From a virus: 64,000 nt of DNA. The DNA lies in the IMG/VR virus record IMGVR_UViG_3300049016_000031, positions 7,362 through 71,361 of that record; one strand, 5' to 3'. Shown here one piece after another: positions 63,171 through 64,000 of the stretch; position 1 is the stretch's first letter; the number at the start of each line of letters is the position of its first letter. The position numbers and the translations under genes are program-made. A model generated the notes under the pieces. The model did no database searches. It was not told the DNA's origin and saw only the letters and a list, made by a program, of their open reading frames with translations.

Positions 63171-63514
63171 AGTTTTGCTATTATGACTGGGCAGTCTAAT
63201 TTATGCTCTCCGTCAACTCCATTACACAAGATACAGATTAACGTGGCTCCATGACGTGTGGACTTAATTGATAGCACAGACTGCACCAGAGAATAAAACA
63301 ACTCCCGGCTGGGCGAGCACTCTGCGGCCCTCCAGCTTTCCATTGCGCAAGCTATTTCTACAGCTTCATCAATTTTACGGAGGGGTTGGCACTTGTGAAC
63401 TTCTGAAAAGTGCGCCCACAAGCGCACAACAATAGGCCCAATCGGGTCGCGACCCAAGAGTATAAATTTTGGTTCATTTTCTTTCGCTTCAGCGTGGTAA
63501 TCTTTTCTTTTCAT
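63152..63514 (-). CDS. hypothetical Cys-containing protein (120 aa)
   Basis: ORF with a 4-nt overlap to the dCMP deaminase gene. Confidence 0.4.
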   Translation of the reverse strand: MKRKDYHAEAKENEPKFILLGRDPIGPIVVRLWAHFSEVHKCQPLRKIDEAVEIACAMESWRAAECSPSRELFYSLVQSVLSIKSTRHGATLICILCNGVDGEHKLDCPVIIAKLCLEEF

Positions 63515-63948
63515 CTTAATCCTATTAACTCGACATTTTTTTGCATCATTAGTTCTCTAGCAATTCGAAGTTCCTCTTCCCGACCATACGGAGATAAGTA
63601 GTAAACCCGGACAATCCCGTCCCGAATAAGCTGCTTAGTGCAAAGCAGGCAGGGGGTGTGGGTCGCAAGCATGTAGCACCCTGAAATATTGCCCATAAGT
63701 TTTTTAGCCCAAGCTAATGCGTTATCTTCAGCATGAATTGTGCGAACGCAATGCCCTTCAAGTAATAAATGACCTGCTTCGTCGCAATGCTCTAAGCCCG
63801 GTAGCGACCCATTGTACCCTTGAGAAATTTGCTGATAGTCTGGAGTAAATATCACCGCACCTGCGTGTAATCTGTCACACGTAGACATTTCGGCCCACGC
63901 CAGGGCATTTTTTTCTAGGGCTCTTAATTTGAGATCGCATCTCATCAT
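63511..63948 (-). CDS. dCMP deaminase (cytidine/deoxycytidylate deaminase fold)
   Basis: HAEDNA (zinc-binding H-x-E) and PCLLC (PCxxC) motifs spaced as in ComEB/T4 Cd. Confidence 0.75.
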   Translation of the reverse strand: MMRCDLKLRALEKNALAWAEMSTCDRLHAGAVIFTPDYQQISQGYNGSLPGLEHCDEAGHLLLEGHCVRTIHAEDNALAWAKKLMGNISGCYMLATHTPCLLCTKQLIRDGIVRVYYLSPYGREEELRIARELMMQKNVELIGLR

Positions 63949-64000
63949 ATTTTTCTACACTCCGTTTCGACCCCGAATCCAATTCCGTCCTTGCAGTTTT

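Overview
This window reads as an internal segment of a large tailed dsDNA phage or prophage with two divergent transcription arms. A roughly 1.2 kb AT-rich, palindrome-rich control region at about 23.3-24.5 kb separates them.

Left arm (1-23.3 kb, minus strand) carries replication, nucleotide-metabolism and early genes. It opens with a partial DEDD 3'-5' exonuclease that is probably the N-terminus of a DNA polymerase lying upstream of the window. Next come a thymidylate-synthase-family enzyme with Asp at the pyrimidine-specificity position (predicted to act on cytosine), a translationally coupled DUF4406/deoxyribosyltransferase-fold protein, and a prim-pol/SF3 helicase. A thymidylate-kinase-like kinase fused to a UDG-like domain follows, then an HNH nuclease and a type-II-like tRNA. 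Further in are P-loop and MoxR-like AAA ATPases, a SAM methyltransferase fusion, a Tat-signal protein and about ten small early ORFs. These are separated by two families of conserved-flank/variable-hairpin intergenic elements.

Right arm (24.5-62.9 kb, plus strand) starts with early/middle genes. These include secreted and membrane proteins, a C5-methyltransferase-family protein, a second SAM methyltransferase and two HNH genes. A complete morphogenesis module follows: TerS, an SPFH-domain protein, TerL, portal, protease-scaffold, HK97-like capsid, a two-domain GT31+GT2 glycosyltransferase, head-tail genes, a tail fibre, major tail protein, G/GT chaperones with a -1 frameshift, tape measure, and distal tail/baseplate genes. 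Then comes a lysis cassette (XhlA-like, GH24 lysozyme with a C-terminal TM segment, spanin-like pair), a metallophosphoesterase and an HNH-AP2 gene. A minus-strand dCMP deaminase sits at the right edge.

The most interesting candidates are:
- a probable pyrimidine DNA-modification toolkit (ThyA-like N177D enzyme + DUF4406 + kinase-UDG fusion + C5-MTase-like + dCMP deaminase);
- a dual glycosyltransferase embedded in the capsid module, suggesting virion glycosylation;
- a strongly over-represented, sense-strand-polarised GGGTCGG motif across the whole window;
- three copies of a conserved promoter (AAAATAAAGGTGTACA-N17-TAnnAT).

All calls rest on reading the sequence and on motif knowledge. No database searches were run.
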